In this document: in pieces, positions 1 to 9,926 of the stretch
Position numbering within the stretch: position 1 is the stretch's first letter
How the letters are laid out: each line of letters starts with the position of its first letter
DNA from: Bacteroidales bacterium
GTDB lineage: Bacteria > Bacteroidota > Bacteroidia > Bacteroidales > UBA3663
Direction: 5' to 3'
DNA: 64,000 bases
Assembly (NCBI GenBank): GCA_045628985.1
Contig: JAZQQH010000042.1
Location: forward strand, 14,796 to 78,795
The notes under the pieces: model-generated
The model's database searches: none
Told to the model about the DNA's origin: nothing
The model's input: only the letters and a program-made list of their open reading frames with translations
Translations under genes and position numbers: made by a program

Positions 1-1
1 G

Positions 2-244
2 GCTAAATCTCTTGGTATTGATTATATCTGGCAGCTCAAGTCTGTCGAAGGAGTTTCGCACAGCAACAAACGTATGTCTCCGGTTGCAGCAAATCTACTT
101 TATGGCGATTCTTCACAGGGAATTGATACCATCGAAGATAACACGATTTCTTTTGGTTCTCGCAAAATTATGCTCGATGGTCAGCTGATTATAGATTATG
201 ATGGTGCTAAATATCAGGTGAATGGAATGAAAGCCATACGATAG
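2..244 (+). CDS. 3' end of an unidentified protein-coding gene (partial, runs off the window start)
   Basis: Frame is open from the window edge to TAG at 242-244 (...DGQLIIDYDGAKYQVNGMKAIR*). A hairpin plus T-run follows. No family recognised. Confidence 0.4.
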   Translation, partial: AKSLGIDYIWQLKSVEGVSHSNKRMSPVAANLLYGDSSQGIDTIEDNTISFGSRKIMLDGQLIIDYDGAKYQVNGMKAIR

Positions 245-290
245 CATTTGAACATGTCAAAACTGCTTGGTTTTGAATAAATATAATGAC

Positions 291-337
291 AATAGGCAGG
301 ATATTCGAGAAGAAAGATCCGGCCTATTGTTTTTTTA
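291..337 (+). terminator. Rho-independent terminator
   Basis: AATAGGCAGGAT...ATCCGGCCTATT stem (1 mismatch) followed by a T7 run. Confidence 0.55.
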
Positions 338-339
338 TG

Positions 340-347
340 TATCTTTG
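340..347 (+). promoter_or_regulatory. Bacteroidota -7 box (TAnnTTTG) for purC
   Basis: TATCTTTG lies 86 nt upstream of the purC ATG. Confidence 0.55.
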
Positions 348-392
348 GCGCGACTTATAATTACGCTCTGCGAAATATTCGTCAAGGGGAGT

Positions 393-427
393 AATTATCA
401 ATTATGAATTATTAATTATCAATTAAA
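393..427. repeat. AT-rich heptamer array (AATTATC AATTATG AATTATT AATTATC AATTAAA)
   Basis: Five tandem 7-mers directly upstream of the purC ATG. Same family as the arrays at 2344, 12099, 12961, 14097, 49895 and 53283. Confidence 0.8.
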
Positions 428-432
428 ATATT

Positions 433-1380
433 ATGTCTGCACTTACTCGCACCGACTTCAACTTCAAGGGTCAGAAGTCTGTTTATCACGGCAAGGTTCG
501 TGACGTTTATAACATCAATGATGACCTCATGGTCATGGTTGCTACCGATCGTATCTCTGCATTCGACGTGATCCTGCCAAAGGGTATCCCATTCAAGGGC
601 CAGTGTCTGAATCAGATTGCTGCCAGCTTCCTCGACGCTACTGCTGATATCGTTCCTAACTGGAAGCTCGCTACTCCTGATCCTATGGTAACCGTTGGCT
701 TGAAGGCTGAGGGTTTCCGTGTGGAGATGATCATCCGTGGCTACCTGACTGGTTCAGCTTGGCGCGAGTATAAGAATGGTTGCCGTGAGCTCTGTGGCGT
801 GAAGTTGCCAGAGGGTATGCGTGAGAATGAGAAGTTCCCAGAGCCAATCATCACCCCAACTACCAAGGCTGATGAGGGTCACGATGAGAACATCTCGGCA
901 GAGGAGATCATCGCTCAGGGCCTCGTAAGCAAGGAGGACTGGGAGACTATGGTCAAGTATACCCGTGCACTCTTCCAGCGCGGTTCGGAGATCGCTGCAA
1001 GCAAGGGCCTGATCCTGGTTGATACCAAGTATGAGTTCGGCAAGCGCGATGGCAAGGTGATTCTGATCGACGAGATCCACACTCCTGACTCATCACGTTA
1101 CTTCTATGCTGAGGGTTATCAGGAGAAGTTCGAGGCAGGTGAACCACAGAAGCAGCTCTCTAAGGAGTTCGTTCGTCAGTGGTTGATCGAGAACAACTTC
1201 ATGAACCGTCCAGGCGACGTCATGCCAGAGATTACCGATGCATACGCTCAGAGCGTGAGCGACCGTTACATCGAGCTCTATGAGCACATCGTAGGCGAAA
1301 AGTTCGTGCCAGCAGCTGACAATGACGACATCGCAGCTCGTATCGAGAAGAACGTGGCTGCTTATCTCGAGACTCTCTGA
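433..1380 (+). CDS. purC: Phosphoribosylaminoimidazole-succinocarboxamide (SAICAR) synthase
   Basis: 315 aa. Motifs ...KVRDVY..., ...[11 protein letters not shown]... and ...[11 protein letters not shown]...[11 protein letters not shown]... are typical of PurC. Confidence 0.95.
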   Translation: MSALTRTDFNFKGQKSVYHGKVRDVYNINDDLMVMVATDRISAFDVILPKGIPFKGQCLNQIAASFLDATADIVPNWKLATPDPMVTVGLKAEGFRVEMIIRGYLTGSAWREYKNGCRELCGVKLPEGMRENEKFPEPIITPTTKADEGHDENISAEEIIAQGLVSKEDWETMVKYTRALFQRGSEIAASKGLILVDTKYEFGKRDGKVILIDEIHTPDSSRYFYAEGYQEKFEAGEPQKQLSKEFVRQWLIENNFMNRPGDVMPEITDAYAQSVSDRYIELYEHIVGEKFVPAADNDDIAARIEKNVAAYLETL

Positions 1381-1469
1381 TTAGAGTTCTTTAGAAGATT
1401 TTTTTATGAATCCGATAGAAAGGTTATAATTGCCGAAATCAGGGTATTCCTGGTTTCGGTAATTATTGT

Positions 1470-1477
1470 TACCTTTG
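1470..1477 (+). promoter_or_regulatory. -7 box (TACCTTTG)
   Basis: TAnnTTTG match 26 nt upstream of the ATG at 1503. Confidence 0.5.
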
Positions 1478-1502
1478 CCCCCGAACTCATAAAAACAGAA
1501 AT

Positions 1503-2354
1503 ATGCAAATCATCAAAAATCAGGAATTTGGCGGAGAGCGTCCCCTTTACGCTTCACGCGACTTAAGATTGGAGGAGGTGACTATCCATGTGGGTGAGTC
1601 ATCGATCAAGGAATCAAAGAATATTGAGGCGGAGAAGTGCCGCTTCGAGGGAAAATATGTCTTCTGGGAGACTTACGGATTTAAGGTCAATAACTGCTAT
1701 TTTGCCGAGAGCGCGCGTAGCAGCCTTTGGTATAGCAAGGACCTCAAGATGACTAATTGTCAGGTCGATGCGCCTAAGATGTTCCGCAGAATGACGGGTA
1801 TCGAGGTGGAGAATTGTAAGTTCCCACACGCTCAGGAGACTTTCTGGGATTGCAAGGACATCGAGCTGAAGGACGTGGAGATTGCGCAGGCAGACTACCT
1901 CTTCATGCACTCGGAGAATATCCGCATCGACAACTATCGTCAGGACGGAAACTACTCTTTCCAGTACGCCAAGAACGTGGAGATCCACAACGCGGTGATC
2001 AACTCGAAGGATGCTTTCTGGGAGAGCGAGAACGTGACGATCTATGACTCGGAACTCAATGGCGAGTACCTGGCATGGTATGGCAAGAACATTCGTCTGG
2101 TGCGCTGCCACCTGACCGGCGAGCAGTTGCTCTGCTATGTGGATGGACTTATTCTGGAGGACTGCACCTTCGGCGAGGATGCTAATCTGCTCTTCGAGTA
2201 TTCTAAGGTCGATGCGACGATCAAGGGTGATGTGGTTTCGATCAAGAACCCAACCTCTGGAACCATCAAGGTGGAGGGTAAGGTCGGCGAGTTGATCATC
2301 GATGAGAATCAGAAAGCGCCAGCAGACGCGGTTGTTAAGGCCAGTAATTTGTAA
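1503..2354 (+). CDS. Right-handed beta-helix protein, DUF3737-like
   Basis: 283 aa. Periodic ~22-aa repeats with N/C ladders (NCYF, NCQV, NCKF, RCHL, DCTF). The N-terminus ...GGERPLYASRDL...GESSIKESKNI... matches my recollection of DUF3737. Confidence 0.6.
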   Translation: MQIIKNQEFGGERPLYASRDLRLEEVTIHVGESSIKESKNIEAEKCRFEGKYVFWETYGFKVNNCYFAESARSSLWYSKDLKMTNCQVDAPKMFRRMTGIEVENCKFPHAQETFWDCKDIELKDVEIAQADYLFMHSENIRIDNYRQDGNYSFQYAKNVEIHNAVINSKDAFWESENVTIYDSELNGEYLAWYGKNIRLVRCHLTGEQLLCYVDGLILEDCTFGEDANLLFEYSKVDATIKGDVVSIKNPTSGTIKVEGKVGELIIDENQKAPADAVVKASNL

Positions 2355-2371
2355 TTAGTAATTCGTAATTA
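2344..2371. repeat. Heptamer array (GTAATTT GTAATTA GTAATTC GTAATTA)
   Basis: Four tandem 7-mers spanning the stop codon of the upstream gene and ending 5 nt before the next ATG. Confidence 0.8.
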
Positions 2372-2375
2372 TCAA

Positions 2376-3584
2376 ATGTTTGAATTTGATCAAACTCCCG
2401 ACCGCCGCAACACTCGCAGCGTCAAGTGGGACGAGATGCCAGGTGTCCTGCCACTGTGGGTGGCTGATATGGACTTTGCTACCGCTCCTTGCGTGCAGCA
2501 GGCGGTGATGAAGCGTGCCATGCATCCTTGCTATGGTTATACCCTCGTGCCAGCCGACTACTATCAGGCGATTGTCAGTTGGTTCTGGAAGCGTCATCAG
2601 TGGCGCATCAAGGCTGAGGAGATTCTTTATACTATTGGTGTCATCCCTGCCATCGCTGCTATCCTGAAGGCGGAGTGTCAGGTGGGTGATAATGTGGTGG
2701 TGCTGTCGCCTGTCTATAACGCGTTCTATACTTTGATCCGCAATGCGGGTTGCCGCGAGATTGACGTGCCGCTGGTAGAAAGTATAAAGGAACAGGGAGA
2801 AGGGAAAAATAACCTGATGTCCTACGATATCGACTGGGAGGCGCTTGAAACCGCACTCTCGCACGTCAAGACCACCGTGCTGCTGTTCTGCAATCCACAG
2901 AATCCTGCGGGTCGTATCTGGAAGCGCGAGGAACTGATCCGCGTGGGTCAGCTCTGCCAGAAGCATGGCATCTTGCTTATCAGCGACGAGATTCACAACG
3001 AACTCACAGCTCCGGGGACGCTCTATGTGCCATTCGGTACTGTGGCTTCGGACAAAGAGGCTGGCTTGGAAGGCCTCCGCTATTGTGTCTGCGCCTCTCC
3101 AAGCAAGGCGTTCAATATCGCAGGCTTGCAGAATGCCAACATCATCGTGCCAGAGGCTAACTTGCGTAGAAAGATTGATCGCGCCATCAATATCAATGAG
3201 ACCTGCGACGTCAATCCGTTCGGCGTGGAGGCTATCATGGCGGCATATAACGAAGGCTTGCCTTGGCTGGAGGAACTCTGCCAGTATGTGTGGAGCAACT
3301 ACGCTTTCGCGCGTGACTATTTAAATAAGGAGGTGCCAGCGTTGAAGATTGCCGATCTGCAGGCCACCTACCTGATGTGGGTCAACTATAGCGATGTGCT
3401 GCCAGGTGTGACGAGCGAGGAACTCAGCCATCGACTGCAGAAGGAGGCTAAGATCTGGTTCACCGAGGGTAGTATCTATGGCAAGGCTGGCGAGTATCAC
3501 TTGCGCATCAACTTGGCCACCAGTCGCGCTACGCTCGCTGAGGCTTTGCAGCGCTTTGTCAACTGGATCAAGGAGAACCGATGA
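2376..3584 (+). CDS. PLP-dependent C-S lyase, MalY/PatB-type class I/II aminotransferase fold
   Basis: 402 aa. N-terminus ...DRRNTRSVKWDEM...LPLWVADMDF... and ...SPSKAFNIAGL... (PLP-lysine region) are typical of PatB/MalY cystathionine beta-lyases. Confidence 0.85.
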   Translation: MFEFDQTPDRRNTRSVKWDEMPGVLPLWVADMDFATAPCVQQAVMKRAMHPCYGYTLVPADYYQAIVSWFWKRHQWRIKAEEILYTIGVIPAIAAILKAECQVGDNVVVLSPVYNAFYTLIRNAGCREIDVPLVESIKEQGEGKNNLMSYDIDWEALETALSHVKTTVLLFCNPQNPAGRIWKREELIRVGQLCQKHGILLISDEIHNELTAPGTLYVPFGTVASDKEAGLEGLRYCVCASPSKAFNIAGLQNANIIVPEANLRRKIDRAININETCDVNPFGVEAIMAAYNEGLPWLEELCQYVWSNYAFARDYLNKEVPALKIADLQATYLMWVNYSDVLPGVTSEELSHRLQKEAKIWFTEGSIYGKAGEYHLRINLATSRATLAEALQRFVNWIKENR

Positions 3585-4957
3585 CCAAGGACGAACTCCT
3601 CGCGCTGATACGCAACGGCAAGCATCTCTCTTCGCGTGACCAGTTCAAGCTGGCCGCGCTGCTGTCGTTCCCTGCCATGCTCTCGCAGCTCTCCACCATC
3701 GCGATGGAGTATATCGACGCGGCCATGGTGGGTTCGATGGGAGCCACGGCGTCGGCGTCTATCGCGTTGGTTTCGACGTCTTTGTGGCTGCTCGGAGGCT
3801 TGTCGCACTCTGTGTCGACGGGTTTCTATGTGCAGGTGGCGCATCACGTCGGTGGTAATGATTTTCCGGGAGCGAGAGATGTCTATCGTCAGGGTATTAC
3901 TACCTCGCTGGCGTTCAGTTCTCTGCTGATGCTGTTAGGTGTCTGCATCTCGCCTTGGCTCCCGATCTGGCTGGGTGGCGATCCGGTGATCTGTCATAAC
4001 TCGACGCTCTACTTCGCCATCTTCTGTCTCACGCTGCCATTGCATCAGATGATGTCTTTGTCAGCAGGCGTGTTGCGTTGCTCGGGCAATGTGAAAATTC
4101 CTGCATTGATGCAGGCGCTGACGTGTCTGCTCGATGTGATCTTTAACTATATCCTGATCTTCCAGTTGGGAATGGGAGTCCTCGGAGCCGCATTAGGAAC
4201 GGTGGCTGCACAGCTGGTGACTACCTCCTTGACGATGTGGTATGCGGCGGTCCGTTCGCCAGAGATGAATCTCCAGCAGGATGGCAAGCGTAGTTTCCGA
4301 CCAGACAAGGTGACGCTTCGCTGGTGTCTCAACATCGCAGGACCGATGGGTATCGAGCACGTCATCATGTGTGGCGCGCAGATTGCCAGCACTATCATCG
4401 TGGCTCCATTAGGTACGGTAGCGTTGGCGGCCAATGGTTTCGGTATCATCGTCGAGAGTCTCTGTTACATGCCTGGTTATGGTATGGCCGATGCTGCTAC
4501 GACGCTTGTTGGTCAGAGCTTAGGCGCCAAGCGTAAGTTCCTGGCGCGACGCTTTGCTTATATTACCGTGGCCGCAGGTGTGGGTATCATGACGCTGATG
4601 GCGGTGGTGATGTACGTCACGGCACCGTGGGTGATGCAGTTGATGTCGCCTGATACACTGGTGCAGCAACTTACGACCGAAGTGCTCCGCATCGAGGCGT
4701 GGGCCGAACCAGGTTTCGCCGCTGCCATCGTCTGCTATGGCGTCTTTGTGGGAGCGGGTGATACCAAGATTCCTTGCACGATGAACCTTGCTTCTATCTG
4801 GGCCGTCCGTATCACGCTGGCCGCGCTGATGGCGGGAACGATGGGACTCAAAGGTGTCTGGATTGCCATGGCTATCGAACTCTGTTTCCGAGGAGCGATC
4901 TTCTTGTGGAGACTCAGGGGAGATGCTTGGATGAAACAGGTAAAAGGGAAAAAGTAA
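3581..4957 (+). CDS. MATE family efflux transporter
   Basis: 458 aa and highly hydrophobic, with about 12 helices. MatE-like ...PAMLSQLSTIAMEYIDAAMVG.... ATGA start/stop overlap with the upstream lyase gene. Confidence 0.85.
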   Translation: MTKDELLALIRNGKHLSSRDQFKLAALLSFPAMLSQLSTIAMEYIDAAMVGSMGATASASIALVSTSLWLLGGLSHSVSTGFYVQVAHHVGGNDFPGARDVYRQGITTSLAFSSLLMLLGVCISPWLPIWLGGDPVICHNSTLYFAIFCLTLPLHQMMSLSAGVLRCSGNVKIPALMQALTCLLDVIFNYILIFQLGMGVLGAALGTVAAQLVTTSLTMWYAAVRSPEMNLQQDGKRSFRPDKVTLRWCLNIAGPMGIEHVIMCGAQIASTIIVAPLGTVALAANGFGIIVESLCYMPGYGMADAATTLVGQSLGAKRKFLARRFAYITVAAGVGIMTLMAVVMYVTAPWVMQLMSPDTLVQQLTTEVLRIEAWAEPGFAAAIVCYGVFVGAGDTKIPCTMNLASIWAVRITLAALMAGTMGLKGVWIAMAIELCFRGAIFLWRLRGDAWMKQVKGKK

Positions 4958-5031
4958 AAGTGAAAAATATAAATATGATAAGAAAGGAAAGGGGAAGAAG
5001 ATTTTTCCCTTTTCCTTTTTCCTTTTTTGTG

Positions 5032-5068
5032 CAAACAAAAAGGGGGGATCTCTCGATCCGCCCTTTTT
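5032..5068. terminator. Bidirectional rho-independent terminator
   Basis: GGGGGGATC-tctc-GATCCGCCC stem flanked by an A-run on the left and a T-run on the right. It works on both strands. Confidence 0.6.
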
Positions 5069-5222
5069 ACTTTCCCCCCTCAGGGTTGCGTTCCTGAGGA
5101 AAAATGAACTTCTTTTTTTAGTGTGTCACATGTGCCATTGAAGGCTTGTATAAGATAATAAGGTCTTTCAGGTTGCGTTATTTAAGGTATTGTGTTATGG
5201 TTATTCTTAATTCTTTTAAGGT
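5032..5222 (-). ncRNA. Candidate ~190-nt small RNA (promoter-to-terminator unit without a credible ORF)
   Basis: Minus-strand TATCTTTG box at 5227-5234. Internal hairpin CCTCAGG...CCTGAGG (5079-5098). Terminator hairpin plus U-run ends near 5032. Only a 6-codon ORF lies inside. Confidence 0.3.
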
Positions 5223-5226
5223 GCTG

Positions 5227-5234
5227 CAAAGATA
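5227..5234 (-). promoter_or_regulatory. Orphan -7 box (TATCTTTG on the minus strand)
   Basis: Perfect TAnnTTTG in a 440-bp gap between convergent genes. It points to the candidate sRNA. Confidence 0.45.
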
Positions 5235-5362
5235 GGGTGATTTTTTTGCGTAAACAAATTTTTTTATATGTTTAAAAACACAAAAACCGATTGCACAAAC
5301 AAAAAAAGCCCTTTTTTTGAAATTTTTTACCCTTTTTTGTGCTAATATTCGAAGAATGTAGT

Positions 5363-5370
5363 TATCTTTG
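5363..5370 (+). promoter_or_regulatory. Orphan -7 box (TATCTTTG) pointing antisense into the 3' end of the EamA gene
   Basis: Perfect TAnnTTTG. There is no plus-strand gene downstream. Confidence 0.35.
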
Positions 5371-5400
5371 CACTTGTAAAACAAACATAACTACTATATC

Positions 5401-6312
5401 TTAGAATAAAACACGAGAAAGGGAGCGTCGGGATGACGGTCCTTTTTTCTTTTTGTTGCACAGGTACACACCGGCGATGGTCAGGATGCATCCGATGATG
5501 GCCAGGACGGTGATATGCTCGTCGAGCACCAGATAGGCGGCGATGAGCGAGGTGACGGGATTAAAGTAGAGATAATTGCCCGTGACGACGACTCCCAAGC
5601 GCTTCAGTACGATATTCCAAGCCAGGAAGCAACCTAAGCTGGCTACGATGGCCAGGAAGCAGGTGACGCCGATGACCGTAGGGTCAGCCAGGATGCTGAT
5701 GTCGAGATCCTCAAAGAAGACGACTGGCAGCATGGTGATAACTCCCCAAAAGAAGACTTTGCGCGTGATGACGGCCGACGAGTAGCGCTTGTCCAGCTTG
5801 CGGATGATGAGGCAATAGATGGCCCAGGTCAGAGACGCCGCGACGCTGAGGATGATGACTAACGGATCGTCATCGAGGACGAACACTCCATTGAACACAA
5901 CCAGCGACACACCGACCAATGCCACCATCGAGCCTATCATGAAGCGGGAGGAGAGGTGCTCTGAGCGATAGACCATGCGATTGATCAGCGCCGTCAGGAT
6001 AGGGGTGGTGCAGACGAGCAAGGCCACGGTACTGGTGGCTGAGGTGAGTTGCACAGCGGTATTCTCAGCCAGAAAGTAGAACGAACCGCCGCTGAGGCCT
6101 AACGACATAAACCACAGCTCATCTTTTATATTTGTCTTCAGTTGCTTGTGGCACCAGGGTAGCATCAGCAGCCAGGCGATCAGGAAACGGAAGGTCATGA
6201 TCTGTGCAGGGGTGAGTCCTGCCATGAGCAACACCTTGCTGGCTACGAAGGTGCTACCCCAGATACAGGCCACAAGGAGAGCCAGCGCGTGCCAGCCGAG
6301 ATTACTATTCAT
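5401..6312 (-). CDS. EamA/DMT family transporter
   Basis: 303 aa with about 10 TM helices and the two-EamA-repeat layout. The start overlaps the GH2 stop (TAATG). Confidence 0.85.
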   Translation of the reverse strand: MNSNLGWHALALLVACIWGSTFVASKVLLMAGLTPAQIMTFRFLIAWLLMLPWCHKQLKTNIKDELWFMSLGLSGGSFYFLAENTAVQLTSATSTVALLVCTTPILTALINRMVYRSEHLSSRFMIGSMVALVGVSLVVFNGVFVLDDDPLVIILSVAASLTWAIYCLIIRKLDKRYSSAVITRKVFFWGVITMLPVVFFEDLDISILADPTVIGVTCFLAIVASLGCFLAWNIVLKRLGVVVTGNYLYFNPVTSLIAAYLVLDEHITVLAIIGCILTIAGVYLCNKKKKGPSSRRSLSRVLF

Positions 6313-8948
6313 TATTCGATGTTGAGATTTAACTTAGCAGGCTTCAATCCATTGCCCGTGACGGTAAGTGTGGCATTACCTGCAGCAACACCAGCCTCTA
6401 CGACGATCACGAGCTCGCCGTGGAAGGCCTTCATCGTTGGCTGAGTGAAGACCTCAACCGAAGTTGCGTCGCCATTACATGCCGCCTTGAAAGTGCCGGC
6501 ACCCTTGACCGAGAAGCGGAGCTGCTGATCAGCGTCCGGACAGAGGTTGCCATCCTTATCTACTACGCGTGCAGTGACGAAGCTGAGGTCTGGAGAGTCG
6601 AGCAACTTGCCATTAGCGTCGGTAGGAGTGACGGTGAGCTGACTGCGATCAGCTACGAGTTCGATGTGATGAGGCTTGCCAGCGGTGTGGATCACCTCCT
6701 CGGCAGCCTTATTACCGTTGGCGTCGTAGGCCACGACCTTGAGTTCTCCTGGCTCGTACTTGACGTCCATCCAGCGCAGACGATAGCGATCCAGTCGGTT
6801 CTTGCCATGTGGCGCATCGGCATTGGCAAACATCACCTCGCCACCCCATGGCATTGGTTCGGCGTGGCGCTCAGCGAGGTAATCCTCCATCGAGACGTCA
6901 CACTTCTTGATGCGCCCCTGGCTCTTGCCATTGACAAAAAGCTCGGCCTCAGGATAGTTGGTATAGCAGAAGACTGGGGTCACCTCACCCTCGCGACCCT
7001 TCCAGTTCCAGTGAGGCAGGAGGTGCAATGTCTCCTTCTCAGGAGCCCAGTGAGTACGATAGAGGAAGGCGCGATCCTTTGGCAGGCCTGCGAGGTCATA
7101 GATGCCGAAGTAGCTGCTGCGCGATGGCCAGTATTCGTCGTAAGGAGTTGGCTCACCGAGGTAGTCGAAGCCTGTCCAGACAAACTCTCCGATCACCCAA
7201 GGTTTCTTATCCTGCCACATCCAGTCGTCGTCTGGCAGATTGCTCCAGATGCACGACTCGAGGTCGTAGCTTGAGATCTGTCCGTCATCGTAAGCCACGC
7301 CATGAACCTCTTCGACAGGGAACTTATAGACGCCACGAGAAGAGATGGTCGAAGCGGTCTCCGAACCGAGGACGAAGCCCTTTGGAGCCATCTCAAGACC
7401 CTTCTCATAGACATGCAGACGGTAGTTGAAGCCAGGAATATCAATCTCCTGGAAGACACCGCTATACATAGGAGCCTCGCCCTGATCCATACCCTGCGTG
7501 CAAGGACGGGTTCCGTCGAGTTCATGGATCAGCTTCTGGATCTGACGAGTATACTTGAGACCGACATCGCTACCCTGATCAGGGATCTCGTTGCCGATGC
7601 TCCACATCACGATACTTGGATGGTTGCGATGCACGAGGACGAGGTTGGTGAAGTCGCGCTCCCACCAGGCCTTGCCATCGCGGTTGAACGCCTTGTCTTC
7701 GATCTCCTCAAAGAAGCGTGAGTAGCCATTCTTGCACTTGGCCGATACCCACATATCGTTCGATTCTGCCATCACGAGCATACCCATCTCGTCACAGATT
7801 TCCATCTGCCAAGGCTCTGGCATATTATGAGAGGTGCGGAGCGCGTCGCAACCGATCTCCTTGAGCAATCGGACCTGACGACGGAAGGCCGCCTTGTTGA
7901 ATGCTGCACCGAGAGGACCGAGGTCGTGGTGCAGGCAGACACCCTTGAACTTACGAACCTGTCCATTGAGCTTAAAGCCTTCAGCTGTATATTCGATGCT
8001 GCGGAGACCCGTCTTTGTCTCCTGTCGATCCCAGACCTTATCGCCTTCACGGAGTTCAGTAACAAGGGTATAGAGCGTTGGCTGCTCAGGACTCCAGAGC
8101 TCCGCGTCCTTGACTGAGAGAATCTGCGCGGTCTCGTGCGAGCTATTGACCCAAGCCGAACTCTCAGCTACTTTCTTGCCAGCAGCGTCGAGGAGCGTAT
8201 GGACGATCTGCATGCCGTCATGCTTATCCACTTCTGCTTTGATGGTGACATAGAGGCGAGCCTCCTCGGCCTTGGTTGCGTCGGCATTGACCCCTTTTAC
8301 CATGGTCGTGCGAGCGAAAGTTCCCCAAGTCTCCAAGTACTTACGCTGATGCAGGAGGAGAGAGACAGGGCGGTAAAGTCCGGCGCCAGGGTACCAGCGC
8401 GAAGACTCCTCGATATTCTGCAGATGCACGGCAAGTGTATGAGTGCCAGGCATCAGACCTCCCTCCATCGAGCGGTTGCGTGGCAGGAAGTTGGTGATAT
8501 CTAATTTAAAGGTATTATATCCATAGGCCCAGTAACCGACCTCCTGACCGTCCACATAGACGCGAGGCTCGGACATAGCGCCATCGAACACGAGTTCAGC
8601 GATGGAATATCCCTCAGGAATGTCGAACTGTGTGCGATACCAGCCTTCTCCGATCCAAGGCAATGAACCTGAGCGACCCGTCTTCTCGGTAGCCTCCTTC
8701 TCGCCGTTCTGCACGATAGCAACGACCTGCTTGTCAATATCTTTGTCGAAAGGACCTGCGATGGCCCAGTCATGAGGGATGGTGACCTGCTGCCAGCGGG
8801 TATCGTCAAATTCGGTAGCCTCGGCACCGTTATTGGCACCGTTCTGGAAGCGCCAGCCAGAGAGCAATGGGATCTGCTGACTCTGTGCATTTGCCTGTAA
8901 GCAAGCAAGTGCCGAAAGTAGGAGTGTGGATACGGTAAACTTATTCAT
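6312..8948 (-). CDS. Glycoside hydrolase family 2 (beta-galactosidase-like), secreted
   Basis: 878 aa with a signal peptide. ...NHPSIVMWSIGNE... (acid/base region) and ...GEFVWTGFDYLGE... (nucleophile region). Confidence 0.9.
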   Translation of the reverse strand: MNKFTVSTLLLSALACLQANAQSQQIPLLSGWRFQNGANNGAEATEFDDTRWQQVTIPHDWAIAGPFDKDIDKQVVAIVQNGEKEATEKTGRSGSLPWIGEGWYRTQFDIPEGYSIAELVFDGAMSEPRVYVDGQEVGYWAYGYNTFKLDITNFLPRNRSMEGGLMPGTHTLAVHLQNIEESSRWYPGAGLYRPVSLLLHQRKYLETWGTFARTTMVKGVNADATKAEEARLYVTIKAEVDKHDGMQIVHTLLDAAGKKVAESSAWVNSSHETAQILSVKDAELWSPEQPTLYTLVTELREGDKVWDRQETKTGLRSIEYTAEGFKLNGQVRKFKGVCLHHDLGPLGAAFNKAAFRRQVRLLKEIGCDALRTSHNMPEPWQMEICDEMGMLVMAESNDMWVSAKCKNGYSRFFEEIEDKAFNRDGKAWWERDFTNLVLVHRNHPSIVMWSIGNEIPDQGSDVGLKYTRQIQKLIHELDGTRPCTQGMDQGEAPMYSGVFQEIDIPGFNYRLHVYEKGLEMAPKGFVLGSETASTISSRGVYKFPVEEVHGVAYDDGQISSYDLESCIWSNLPDDDWMWQDKKPWVIGEFVWTGFDYLGEPTPYDEYWPSRSSYFGIYDLAGLPKDRAFLYRTHWAPEKETLHLLPHWNWKGREGEVTPVFCYTNYPEAELFVNGKSQGRIKKCDVSMEDYLAERHAEPMPWGGEVMFANADAPHGKNRLDRYRLRWMDVKYEPGELKVVAYDANGNKAAEEVIHTAGKPHHIELVADRSQLTVTPTDANGKLLDSPDLSFVTARVVDKDGNLCPDADQQLRFSVKGAGTFKAACNGDATSVEVFTQPTMKAFHGELVIVVEAGVAAGNATLTVTGNGLKPAKLNLNIE

Positions 8949-9007
8949 GTAGATAAATATTTAAATAGGTCTTGTTTCTTGTCCTGTCAAAAGGACATTT
9001 TACCGTG

Positions 9008-9015
9008 CAAAGATA
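9008..9015 (-). promoter_or_regulatory. -7 box for the GH2-EamA operon
   Basis: Minus-strand TATCTTTG about 60 nt upstream of the GH2 ATG. Confidence 0.55.
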
Positions 9016-9089
9016 CGTCTAATAATCTACATTGCCAAATTTTGCATCAAAAAATGCGTTTTTTATGCCGCTGTCTCAGAAAAAATCCG

Positions 9090-9097
9090 TATCTTTG
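9090..9097 (+). promoter_or_regulatory. -7 box for the SDR gene
   Basis: TATCTTTG 35 nt upstream of the ATG at 9132. Confidence 0.55.
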
Positions 9098-9131
9098 CCG
9101 CTGATAATAGAACCAAATAAAAACCAAAGAA

Positions 9132-9893
9132 ATGAATAAGACCGTTTTTGTCACAGGCGCCTCTTCTGGTATCGGCCAGGCCTGTGCTCGTAAGTTTGCA
9201 GCTAATGGTTGCCGTATGATCCTCAACGCTCGTAGCACCGATAAGCTCGAAGCGCTCAAGCAGGAACTCGAAACCAAGTATGGCACCGAGGTGTTGCTCC
9301 TTCCTTTTGATGTCCGTGACCGTGAGACCGCTACTCAGGTGCTGACCAACCTTCCTGCAGAGTGGCAGGCCATTGATATCCTGATCAATAACGCTGGTTT
9401 GGCTCTTGGTGTCGACAAGGAGCAAGAGTGCGACCTCGACGAGTGTTTCACCATGATCGATACTAACGTGAAGGCCCTGCTGATGATCACTCGTCTGGTC
9501 GTCCCTGGCATGGTGCAGCGCAACGCTGGTCACATCATCAACATCGGTTCGGTAGCTGGCGACGCTGCTTATCCTGGCGGTAGCACCTATTGCGCCACCA
9601 AGGCTGCTGTCAAGGCTTTGAGCGATGGCCTCCGCATGGATCTCTACCAGACTCCTATCCGCGTGACCAACCTCAAGCCAGGCCTTGTAGAGACCAACTT
9701 CTCGAACATCCGTCTGCATGGCGATACCGCTGCTGCCAAGAAGCTCTACACCGGCATCAAGCCACTTACTGGTGAGGATATTGCCGACACTGCATTCTTT
9801 GCTGCTTCGGCTCCTGATCATGTGCAAATCGCTGAGGTTCTGATTCTTGCTACTCATCAGGCCAGCGGTCCGATGGTTTGGCGCGAACAGTAA
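9132..9893 (+). CDS. SDR family NAD(P)-dependent oxidoreductase (YdfG-like)
   Basis: 253 aa. TGASSGIG cofactor motif, NNAG, and the S...YxxxK catalytic pattern (YCATK). Confidence 0.9.
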   Translation: MNKTVFVTGASSGIGQACARKFAANGCRMILNARSTDKLEALKQELETKYGTEVLLLPFDVRDRETATQVLTNLPAEWQAIDILINNAGLALGVDKEQECDLDECFTMIDTNVKALLMITRLVVPGMVQRNAGHIINIGSVAGDAAYPGGSTYCATKAAVKALSDGLRMDLYQTPIRVTNLKPGLVETNFSNIRLHGDTAAAKKLYTGIKPLTGEDIADTAFFAASAPDHVQIAEVLILATHQASGPMVWREQ

Positions 9894-9926
9894 TTCCTGA
9901 GGTCCCGCAAGTGACAATCCCCTGAT

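Noticed and set aside
4520-5038. 172-aa and 99-aa minus-strand ORFs at the MATE gene 3' end.
   Set aside because: They are antisense to the MATE transporter and run through the terminator hairpins. Their His/Arg-rich, low-complexity translation makes them spurious.
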